From the NCBI GenBank assembly GCA_965223545.1, contig OZ245006.1, positions 5,312,001-5,376,000 of the forward strand: DNA of 64,000 nt, given 5' to 3'. The position numbers and the translations under genes are program-made. The DNA comes from Planctomycetota bacterium (lineage in GTDB: Bacteria > Planctomycetota > UBA1135 > UBA2386). Positions 56,686 to 64,000 of the stretch are shown here, piece after piece (positions within the stretch are counted from its first letter, which is position 1; each line of letters starts with the position of its first letter). Under the pieces are notes generated by a model that had not been told where the DNA came from, ran no database searches, and worked only from the letters and a program-made list of their open reading frames with translations.

Positions 56686-57696
56686 TCAGCGGCGATCGCC
56701 GTCGCCGCGCAGGCGGAACGCGGCGCGCAGCGGAAGGGGATGTCCATCGAAAGCCATGTGTTGCGGCGGCACGCCCATCCATTGCAAGACGGTCGGTGTC
56801 ACGTCGTAGAGGGTCGCCGCTTCGGTTGTCCAGACTTCGCCGCGAGCGTCGCCGCCGATCCAGAACGGCACCGTGTAGACCTGCGGGTCTGAGTTGTCAC
56901 CGTGCGAGGTCTGTCCGTCGGGGCCGCCATGGTCGGCGGTGACCAGTACCAACCAATCCTCCTCGTCGCGCGATGTTCGGGCGGCGACCGCGTCGAGGAT
57001 CGCGCCCACCAGCGCATCCGTGTTCTCGATCGCCGTCCGGTACTCGGCGGCGTCGTAGCCGTGCGCGTGGCCCGCCGCGTCGACTTGGCTCAGGTGAACG
57101 AACAACACGTCGGGGTTGGCGCCAGCGAAAGCGCCGGTGCCCGTCAAGGCGTCGACGACCGCTGCGGTGGTGCGGTCGTCGCGTGCCGCTGCCGGTGCCG
57201 AGCCGCCCGGACAGAAGTGGTGGTCGATGGCGCTTGCGCTCGCCTGCAGCACGGTGCCGGGGCCGATGCCAATGCCGGGCCAGGTGTGGAACACCGCGGT
57301 CTCCACGCCGGCGCCGCGCATCCGCAGGTGGCCGAACAACGAGCGCACGCTGCCGAGCGCCGCCGTGTCGTCGGCGATGGCGTGGCGGGCGTCGCCGTTT
57401 GCCTCGAGACCGGTGCGCGCCGGGCTCACGCCGGTCAGCAGCACGCCCCAGTTGGTGGCGCTGTCGCCGTTCCACGCGCGCTCGGCGGTCCACGCATTGG
57501 TGCCGGTGCGGGGGATGGCGCCGTTGGCGGTGATCGTGTCGAGCGCCGGAGTGGCGGCTTGGCCGGCTTGGTCGGCCCGCAGGCCGTCGATACCGATGAT
57601 CAGCGCTTTGCGCGCGCGCTGTGGCGTCGACGGCGGCGTCGCACAGGCGGCGAAGACGACGGGGAGGAGGGAGCAGACGGCGGCTCGGATTCGCAT
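56686..57696 (-). CDS. Alkaline phosphatase superfamily (nucleotide pyrophosphatase-like) lipoprotein
   Basis: FAAC lipobox; IGIDGLR, VDAAGH, TADHGG, DVTPT. Confidence 0.88.
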   Translation of the reverse strand: MRIRAAVCSLLPVVFAACATPPSTPQRARKALIIGIDGLRADQAGQAATPALDTITANGAIPRTGTNAWTAERAWNGDSATNWGVLLTGVSPARTGLEANGDARHAIADDTAALGSVRSLFGHLRMRGAGVETAVFHTWPGIGIGPGTVLQASASAIDHHFCPGGSAPAAARDDRTTAAVVDALTGTGAFAGANPDVLFVHLSQVDAAGHAHGYDAAEYRTAIENTDALVGAILDAVAARTSRDEEDWLVLVTADHGGPDGQTSHGDNSDPQVYTVPFWIGGDARGEVWTTEAATLYDVTPTVLQWMGVPPQHMAFDGHPLPLRAAFRLRGDGDRR

Positions 57697-57710
57697 GGCG
57701 GTCGGCCAAG

Positions 57711-58601
57711 CTACGCGTCCGGGGCCGCTGGCGCGACCCGTCGCGCCAGCGCGATCATGCCGGAGTCGAGCGATGGCAGCCACCGGCTCAGCGCGACCGT
57801 CAACGGCTTGCGGTTTGGCTTCAGCGAGCCGCGCAGCAGCAGCACCTCGAAGCCGTGACGGATCAGCGTGTGCCGCAATACGGTCGGCGTGAAGTAGAAG
57901 ATGTGGTGCTTGGTGTGGTAGTGGTTGCCTCGGCGCCGCGCGCGCAGGCCTGCGCGCGCGACCGTGGTCTTCAGCCGGTTGGCGACGGAACCGATGTTGG
58001 GCACTCCGACGAACAAGAGGCCGTCCGGCCGCAGCAGCCGGTGCGCCGCCTGCAAGTAGCTCCCCGGGTCGGTCAGGTGCTCCAAGACCTGGTCCATGAA
58101 CACCGCGTCGAACCAGCCGTCCGGCCGATCGAGCTGCTCGAGATCCCCGTCGTGCACCGGCACACCGAATCTGGCCTCCACCTCGGCCGTGGTGGCCGGG
58201 TCGATGTCGTACCCCTCCGGCGTCCAGCCCAGTTCTTGCGCCACGTCGAGCTCGAGCCCATCGCCGCAGCCAATCGACAGCAGGCGTCCGGGCGCGATGT
58301 GCTCCGCCAGCAGGGACAGCGATCGGCGCTTTGCCTCGCGGCGGACCGCCGGTTGGCGAAAGTGCGAGCCACCCTCGCGGTCCTGATCGTCGACGGAGAT
58401 GTAGCTGGAATAGAAGCGGTGCAGGTGGGCTTGGCTGTACTGCGGGTTCATCAGCAGCACGCGGCAATCGGCGCACCGACCGATCCGGCGACCGTGGTGG
58501 TCGTGGTCGTAGGGCTGCAGGCGGCCGTCGCACAAGGGGCAGTCGGCCAGCGGAGGATCGAAGTCGTCGCGCGGCGCCGGCCGAGGGGCCGCCGCGCTCA
58601 T
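57711..58601 (-). CDS. Class I SAM-dependent methyltransferase with N-terminal CxxC pairs
   Basis: CPLC, CADC, LLSIGCGDG, VLEHL, LRPDG, VPN. Confidence 0.9.
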   Translation of the reverse strand: MSAAAPRPAPRDDFDPPLADCPLCDGRLQPYDHDHHGRRIGRCADCRVLLMNPQYSQAHLHRFYSSYISVDDQDREGGSHFRQPAVRREAKRRSLSLLAEHIAPGRLLSIGCGDGLELDVAQELGWTPEGYDIDPATTAEVEARFGVPVHDGDLEQLDRPDGWFDAVFMDQVLEHLTDPGSYLQAAHRLLRPDGLLFVGVPNIGSVANRLKTTVARAGLRARRRGNHYHTKHHIFYFTPTVLRHTLIRHGFEVLLLRGSLKPNRKPLTVALSRWLPSLDSGMIALARRVAPAAPDA

Positions 58602-59320
58602 CCGTGGTCCTCGCGCTGGTCGAGGACGTGGCGGGTGAAGTAGTGGTGCTCGAAGTCCTGGCGCGGAATGATCGCGTCGCCGCGGCCGCCGGGCGTCAGG
58701 TCCAGCAGGTTCCACATCGGCCAGAAGGAGTCGACGTGCCGCGGGTGGCCGTTGTCCATCGGCCGGCGGAGCAGCTCGGATCCCCAAGTGTGGAACACGC
58801 CGTCTTCGGTCTTGGCGAAGACATTCATGATCGATGCCATCGCCGGGTCCTCGACTTCCGGGTGGCCGACGTAGTCGAGGATGTAGCTGCTGTCTCCCGC
58901 CGAGAACAACGGGATGGTCCAGCCACGGCGCTTTGCCCAAGCGGCCAGCTGCTCGGCGCCGGCGGCAGAGACCACCGCGATTGCCGAGTTTTGCTCGACG
59001 GCGTACCAGGCGACGTTCATCGCGTCGACGATCGAGGTGCACGATGGGCACGGCGCGTCCCACTTGGCGCCGAACATCATCGTGTACAGCAGCAACGTCT
59101 CGTGCTTGCCGAACAGGGTCGCGAACGGGACCTCGCGCACTGTCCCGCCATCGGACTGCTGGAACACGTAGTCATCGCCGAGCCGCCCGCCGAGCGGCAG
59201 CGCGCGGCGCTGTTCCGCCACGGCCTCGCCCTGCGCGCGGAGAGCCACCTCGCTGTCGAGCAGCGCGTCGCGTTGCGCGCGGTACTCGTCGGATTCGTTG
59301 GGGAAGCGGAACGCGGACAT
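58598..59320 (-). CDS. DUF899 family (thioredoxin-like) protein
   Basis: RRALP, CPSCT, VFHTW, WNLLDLTPGGR. Confidence 0.9.
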   Translation of the reverse strand: MSAFRFPNESDEYRAQRDALLDSEVALRAQGEAVAEQRRALPLGGRLGDDYVFQQSDGGTVREVPFATLFGKHETLLLYTMMFGAKWDAPCPSCTSIVDAMNVAWYAVEQNSAIAVVSAAGAEQLAAWAKRRGWTIPLFSAGDSSYILDYVGHPEVEDPAMASIMNVFAKTEDGVFHTWGSELLRRPMDNGHPRHVDSFWPMWNLLDLTPGGRGDAIIPRQDFEHHYFTRHVLDQREDHG

Positions 59321-59370
59321 GTCATGCTCCTCGATTCACGGGGGTCGAGACGCGGCGATGCGCGCGGCGA

Positions 59371-60630
59371 TTACTGCGCGATCCGCCGCAGCTCGTCGAG
59401 CAACCGCTCGACTTCGTCGAGAGTGTTGTAGTGCAGCAGTCCGGCGCGGACGACGCCCTGTTCGCGTCCGAGCACTTCGGCGAGGCGCATGGCGTAGCTG
59501 TGACCGGGCCAGACGAACACGCCGCGGTCGGCGAGTCGCTGGGCGACCTCCGGCGGGGAGACGTCTCTTGTGGTGACGCCGACCGTCGGCGTGCGCGCAC
59601 CGGCTTCGGCGGGATCGGCGAGGCCCCAGACCCGCCAGCCCGGCATCTCCTGCAAGCCGCTCAGCAGCCGCTCGCCGAGTGACCGCTCGTGCGCGGCAAT
59701 GGCCGCAAAGGCGGCCTCGAGCGCGGCACGGCGCGCGAGGTCTTCGCCGCTGACTTCGCGGCCGAGATCGGCGATGTATTCGATCGCCGCCGCCGTTCCG
59801 GCGATCGCCTCGTGGCTCTGGGTGCCGGTCATCCAGCGGTGCGGCGTGGCATCCGAGGCGGGGCGCACCTTGTGCACCGGGAGCGTCGCCATCCGCTGGC
59901 TGCGCCCCCACAGCACGCCGAGGTGGGGGCCGAAGAACTTGTACGGCGAGCACGCGACGTAGTCGCAGCCCCAGCCTTCGACGTCGATGGCGCGGTGCGG
60001 AGCGTAGTGCACGGCGTCGACGAAGACCTCGGCTCCGGCTGCCTTGGCCCGTTCGGTGAGGGTGGCGACCGGGTTGATCGTGCCGACGAGATTGCTCGCC
60101 GCGCCGAGGGCCACCAACCGGGGGTGCCCCTTCAGCGCGCGTTCGAACGAACCCTCGTCGAGGGTGCAGCGCTCGGCGTCGATGCCGACTTCGATCACCT
60201 CGGCGCCAGCGCTCGCCGCCGCCCGCGTCCAGGGCGTGATGTTGGCGTCGTGGTCCAGGCTGGTCACCACGATGCGGTCGCCCGCCTGCCACTCGCGCGC
60301 CAGTGATCGCGCCAGCGCGAACGTCAGCGTGGTCATGTTGGGGCCGAAGACGACGCCGTCGCGGTCGGTCGTGCCGAGGAAATCCGCACACGCCGTGCGC
60401 GTCGCGTCGAGCATGGCGTCGGTCTCGCGCGCGGTGGCGAATGCGCCGCCGGTGTTGGCGTTGGAGTGCAGCAGGTAGTCGCGGACCGCGTCGGCGACGA
60501 CACGCGGCACCTGACTGCCACCCGGGCCGTCACAGAACAGGGCGGGGCGGCCGTCGACGCGGCGGGCCAGTCCGGGAAAGCGGGCCCGGATCGAATCGAG
60601 AGGCAGGGAGCGGTGATGCACGGTGGTCAC
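59371..60630 (-). CDS. Cysteine desulfurase-like protein (aminotransferase class V)
   Basis: DGPGGSQVP, LDHDAN, VDAVHYAPH, SPYKFFGPH, HYNT. Confidence 0.93.
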   Translation of the reverse strand: MTTVHHRSLPLDSIRARFPGLARRVDGRPALFCDGPGGSQVPRVVADAVRDYLLHSNANTGGAFATARETDAMLDATRTACADFLGTTDRDGVVFGPNMTTLTFALARSLAREWQAGDRIVVTSLDHDANITPWTRAAASAGAEVIEVGIDAERCTLDEGSFERALKGHPRLVALGAASNLVGTINPVATLTERAKAAGAEVFVDAVHYAPHRAIDVEGWGCDYVACSPYKFFGPHLGVLWGRSQRMATLPVHKVRPASDATPHRWMTGTQSHEAIAGTAAAIEYIADLGREVSGEDLARRAALEAAFAAIAAHERSLGERLLSGLQEMPGWRVWGLADPAEAGARTPTVGVTTRDVSPPEVAQRLADRGVFVWPGHSYAMRLAEVLGREQGVVRAGLLHYNTLDEVERLLDELRRIAQ

Positions 60631-60646
60631 GCGCGCGGATCATAGC

Positions 60647-61804
60647 TCAGCGACGCTCGCCGTCGCCTTCGTCGTCCGGCGTAAAGCCGCGGTGGCGCAG
60701 GTAGCAGAGGGCGCTCTCGTCGCCCGCACAGGCGTACAGCAGCCGGGTGTCGTGCACGACGGCGAACATCCAGACGCCAGGCACGTCGATCTCCAACAGC
60801 TCCACCGGTCGGCCGTCCGCCAGTCGGCCGCGCGCGACCGTCTGGTCGACCGTGCCGCCGAGGAGGGCACAGGCCTCCTCCAGGGGCATGCCGATGCGCA
60901 GTCCGCGGCCCAGCCGGCGGTGGTCGATGGGCTCGGTCTCGGCGCCGCGCCGTGCCTCGATGAGGCGCGCGGTGACGCGGCGCTGTGGAGCGTCGGGGTG
61001 CCAGGCCTCGATGCTGAGCACGCCCGCCGCCAGCAGCAGGGGTGCGCGCTTGAAGGTGAACAGCACGCGCCCGTCGAGGGCCGGCTCGCCGTTGGCGTCG
61101 ATCGCCACCGCTTGCCAAACCGCGGGCACTTGGCCGAGCGGGGTGTCTTGCTGGAAGACCGTCCGCTCTTCGCGGGGGGGCCACTGCACGGCGACCTCGA
61201 CCCGGCCGAGCCGCCGGATGACCGAGCCGATGCTGGGCTTGCGGATCACGTCCAGGAGTCGGTCGAACACGCACTCCGCGCGCAGCAGTGAAGCGACCAC
61301 TTCGTTGACGCCCAGCAGGAGTGTGTCGTCGACCTTGGCCTGGTGCAGGTTGGCGGTGGTGACCTGTGAGAAGACGCTGTGCTCTCGCCGACCGTCGGGA
61401 CGCGACACTTCGACGCGCACCGTGGCTTCGCCGAAGTGGTGCAAGACCTGTCGCGGGGCCCATTGGTAGCGCCACGTCGCACGGTCGCAGATCACCCAGC
61501 CGTGGATGGGGTGGGGGTCGACCGCGGACTGGCGGGGTTCGGGCAGGGCCTCGATCGACAGCGCGAACTCGTAGCGTTCGCTCTCGCCATGGGCGTCGAC
61601 GACGATCTCGTAGACCACCCGGTCGCCGACTCGCCAGCACGCTGCCGCGTCCAGGGGCTCGGCCGGCCGCGCCGTGCTCCACGCGCTCGCCGGCGCGTCG
61701 GGCAGGGCGTGCCAGTCGTCGCGGCGCTCGACGCTGCCGCAGGCGACCGCGAGCACCGAGGCGGCAACGATCGCTCTCGAGTGGGAGGGCGCAATCCGCT
61801 CCAT
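60647..61804 (-). CDS. Hypothetical lipoprotein
   Basis: ATG 61804, LAVAC lipobox; GLRIGM motif near the C-terminus. Confidence 0.65.
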   Translation of the reverse strand: MERIAPSHSRAIVAASVLAVACGSVERRDDWHALPDAPASAWSTARPAEPLDAAACWRVGDRVVYEIVVDAHGESERYEFALSIEALPEPRQSAVDPHPIHGWVICDRATWRYQWAPRQVLHHFGEATVRVEVSRPDGRREHSVFSQVTTANLHQAKVDDTLLLGVNEVVASLLRAECVFDRLLDVIRKPSIGSVIRRLGRVEVAVQWPPREERTVFQQDTPLGQVPAVWQAVAIDANGEPALDGRVLFTFKRAPLLLAAGVLSIEAWHPDAPQRRVTARLIEARRGAETEPIDHRRLGRGLRIGMPLEEACALLGGTVDQTVARGRLADGRPVELLEIDVPGVWMFAVVHDTRLLYACAGDESALCYLRHRGFTPDDEGDGERR

Positions 61805-61874
61805 CGCGCCGAATGCTACGGGGTCGCGGGCGGGCGCCAAGCGCGGCCAATGCTCAACTGCTACAACAGGGGCG

Positions 61875-63425
61875 TTGTCTGCCGCTGTCCCGAATCCGGC
61901 TGCCGTCGGCCGTCGTGTGCGATGGCGCACCGCGCTGGTGTCCGTGACGGTCGGCCTGGCCGCGCTCGAGCTGTTGCTGCAGGCCGAGCACTGGCTGCGG
62001 TGGCGAAACACCGGCCAGCGACCGGTCGGCCCGCCGGCGGCCGACGCCCCCATCCTCTGCGTCGGGGGTGACGTCCCCTTCGGCCTGGGGTTGCGCCGGG
62101 ATGCTTCGTTTCCCGCGCAACTGCAGAATGCGTTGCACGCTCGCGGTCGCCGGTGGCGCGTCGTCAACGGGGCCGACCCCGGGCGCAACTCCGAGGACGT
62201 TCTCCGTCGATTGGGCTGGCAGCTCGCCGAGCTGCGGCCCCGCGTCGTGATCGTCACCGTGGACGGCGCCGACCTCGAGCGGCCGGCCGCCGCGGTGGAT
62301 CGCCGAGAGCTGCCGGTCCGCGCCGGGGCGTGCCCCGTCGGTTGGCGTCTGCCGGCGGTGATCGGCAAGCTGTGGAAGAGCTCGTGGTCCGCGCCGACCG
62401 GCATGGATGCGACTTCCCCTCCCTTCGTCGGCACCTGGCACGCCGGTGGGCTCGAGGTGGAGCTGGCGGTGGACGGCAGTGGCAGGATCGGCCTGGACCC
62501 GATCGCGTGGCAGCAACATGGCCAGCGGCTGTTGTTGCACGGTGCCGCCGGTCGCTACGACCTGCAATGGCAGATGCGCAGCGGGCAGCTCGAGGTGAGT
62601 GGCGCGCCGCTGGGGGTGCTCCGTCTGCGGGCTGGGGCGGCATCGCAGTCTGCGTTGGCATCCGCCGTCGACGCGCTGCGGCGGCGGGACTTCGACGAGG
62701 CGCGCTGGTTGCTCGAGGTGGCGCGCCACGCGTCCGATGCGCCGCCGCAGGTGGATGCAATCTGGCGCTTGCTGGAATGGTGGGAGCGCGGCGTCGGCGG
62801 GGGCGATCCGCTGCGCGGTCAGCTCGTGTCCGCCGCTTCCTCCGATGCCGCTTCGGGGCTGTGGCAATTGTTGGTGGGTGGGCGCTGGACCGACGCCGAG
62901 CGCCGCCAGCTGGCCCGCGGTCTGGGCGATGGGGCGGTGGCGTCGGCCCTGCAGGCGTGGGCGGCGCCAGCGGGATCGCCGGACGCCGAACGCGCGGCGG
63001 TCGCCGCGATCGCGGCCGGCGGGCAGGGGTTGCCGCTGCCGCCGGACGCCTGGCCGCTCGCCGCCGCCGTTCTCGACGCGCACCTCACGGCCCTCGGTGT
63101 CGGCCCCTCCGGGCGCGCCACGGTGCGGACCGCCGCCGCCGCCGAGCGCGAGGCGCAGGGCGCCGCGCTCGCGGCGCTGCGCTCCAATCTGAGCTGCATG
63201 GTCGCGTTGGTGCGGGCCTGGGGAGCCGAGGTCCGCCTCGCGGTGGCCCCTGCAGCACCTTCCACCGTGCGAGCCGTGGTCGAAGAGGCCGCTGGCGCCG
63301 CTGGCGCGCTGGTGTTCGGACCGCCGCCCTCTGATCGTCTTTGGCGGTGCCCCGACGTCTGGCCCGAGCGCGTGCACCGTGAGGTCGCAGAGCACCTCGC
63401 CGCGCACTTGGAGGCCGTACGATGA
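61875..63425 (+). CDS. SGNH/GDSL-like membrane-anchored protein with degenerate catalytic motifs
   Basis: TM segment with ALELLLQ; ILCVGGDVPFG, SFPAQLQ, VVNGADPGRNS. Start uncertain. Confidence 0.65.
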   Translation: MSAAVPNPAAVGRRVRWRTALVSVTVGLAALELLLQAEHWLRWRNTGQRPVGPPAADAPILCVGGDVPFGLGLRRDASFPAQLQNALHARGRRWRVVNGADPGRNSEDVLRRLGWQLAELRPRVVIVTVDGADLERPAAAVDRRELPVRAGACPVGWRLPAVIGKLWKSSWSAPTGMDATSPPFVGTWHAGGLEVELAVDGSGRIGLDPIAWQQHGQRLLLHGAAGRYDLQWQMRSGQLEVSGAPLGVLRLRAGAASQSALASAVDALRRRDFDEARWLLEVARHASDAPPQVDAIWRLLEWWERGVGGGDPLRGQLVSAASSDAASGLWQLLVGGRWTDAERRQLARGLGDGAVASALQAWAAPAGSPDAERAAVAAIAAGGQGLPLPPDAWPLAAAVLDAHLTALGVGPSGRATVRTAAAAEREAQGAALAALRSNLSCMVALVRAWGAEVRLAVAPAAPSTVRAVVEEAAGAAGALVFGPPPSDRLWRCPDVWPERVHREVAEHLAAHLEAVR

Positions 63426-64000
63426 GACCTGCGCGCGCGCGCGTGTCGGGCGTCGTGTTCTTGGTGGTCATCGCACTCGGCCCGCTCGGCTATTGGCTGC
63501 TGCCGCCCGGACCGTTGCCGGTCGGAGCGGAATGGCCGGTCTTCGGCGCGGAGTCGGTCCGGCGCGGGGCGTGGGCCGGCGCCGTCGGCGACCAGCTCCG
63601 GCTGCGGTGGCCGCTGACCCGCTACTTCCGCGGTGCCCACAACGAGCTGCGCGCGCGGCTCGGCGTGTTCGACGCGGCAAATGTCGTCGAGGGCCGCGGG
63701 GGCTGGTGCTTTGCACGCGAGACCGTGGACGATCGCGTGGCGGCGTGGCGGCGCTGCTTGCCGGAGCTGCGCCGCTGGCTCGCGACGGTGCGCGCCCGGA
63801 GCGCCGCGGCCGGGGTGCGCGTCGCGGCCGCCCCGGCGCCCAACAAGGTGTGCGTCTACGGCGATCGGCTGCCCGGTGGGGCGCCCGCGTGGCCGCGCCG
63901 GCAGTACGCGGACCTGCTGGACGAGCTGCGCGCGGCGGGCCTCGAGGTGGTCGATCTGCTGGCGTGTCTCGATCAGCGCCGCGCCGAGCGGCCGGACCTC
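63422..64000 (+). CDS. AlgX/AlgJ-like O-acetyltransferase component, 3'-truncated by the window edge
   Basis: Not in the ORF track because it has no stop. ATGA overlap; N-terminal TM, VVEGRGGWCF, PAPNKVCVY, GLEVVDL. Confidence 0.8.
   Translation, partial: MRPARARVSGVVFLVVIALGPLGYWLLPPGPLPVGAEWPVFGAESVRRGAWAGAVGDQLRLRWPLTRYFRGAHNELRARLGVFDAANVVEGRGGWCFARETVDDRVAAWRRCLPELRRWLATVRARSAAAGVRVAAAPAPNKVCVYGDRLPGGAPAWPRRQYADLLDELRAAGLEVVDLLACLDQRRAERPDL

Overview
This is a GC-rich bacterial chromosome segment. The gene content (ECF sigma factor beside a Ser/Thr kinase, sulfatase, many secreted Gln-start proteins) suggests Planctomycetota, which is an inference. 1-9.1 kb holds housekeeping and signalling genes: ECF sigma plus TPR kinase, thiolase, two cyclophilins, enoyl-CoA hydratase and pabB/pabC-like genes. 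9.2-27.1 kb is a ~17.9 kb element integrated in tRNA-Arg(ACG), bounded by an exact 46-bp direct repeat. It carries an excisionase-like HTH, a primase-helicase followed by iteron-like repeats, a serine recombinase, tyrosine-recombinase relics and terminase-small-subunit-like HTH genes. It also carries a candidate defence/TA module: PIN nuclease, XRE regulator, an ImmA/IrrE-like protein lacking its zinc ligands, a ~170-nt structured intergenic sequence and an RxxxxH (HEPN-like) protein. Its integrase is split by a complete IS66 with an 8-bp target duplication. 27.2-39.3 kb holds an S41 peptidase and an array of five ELWxxDGT-repeat paralog units: two intact, one frameshifted at a C9 tract and two relics. 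Their C-terminal domain shares an exactly spaced motif with an unrelated secreted SGNH protein at 44.4-46.4 kb, a possible uncharacterised sorting signal. 39.3-64 kb holds a two-component module, hydrolases, an orphan kinase-FGE fusion, GH127, sulfatase, methyltransferase, DUF899, a cysteine desulfurase-like gene and an SGNH/AlgX-like pair. All family calls come from motif recognition by eye; no searches were run.
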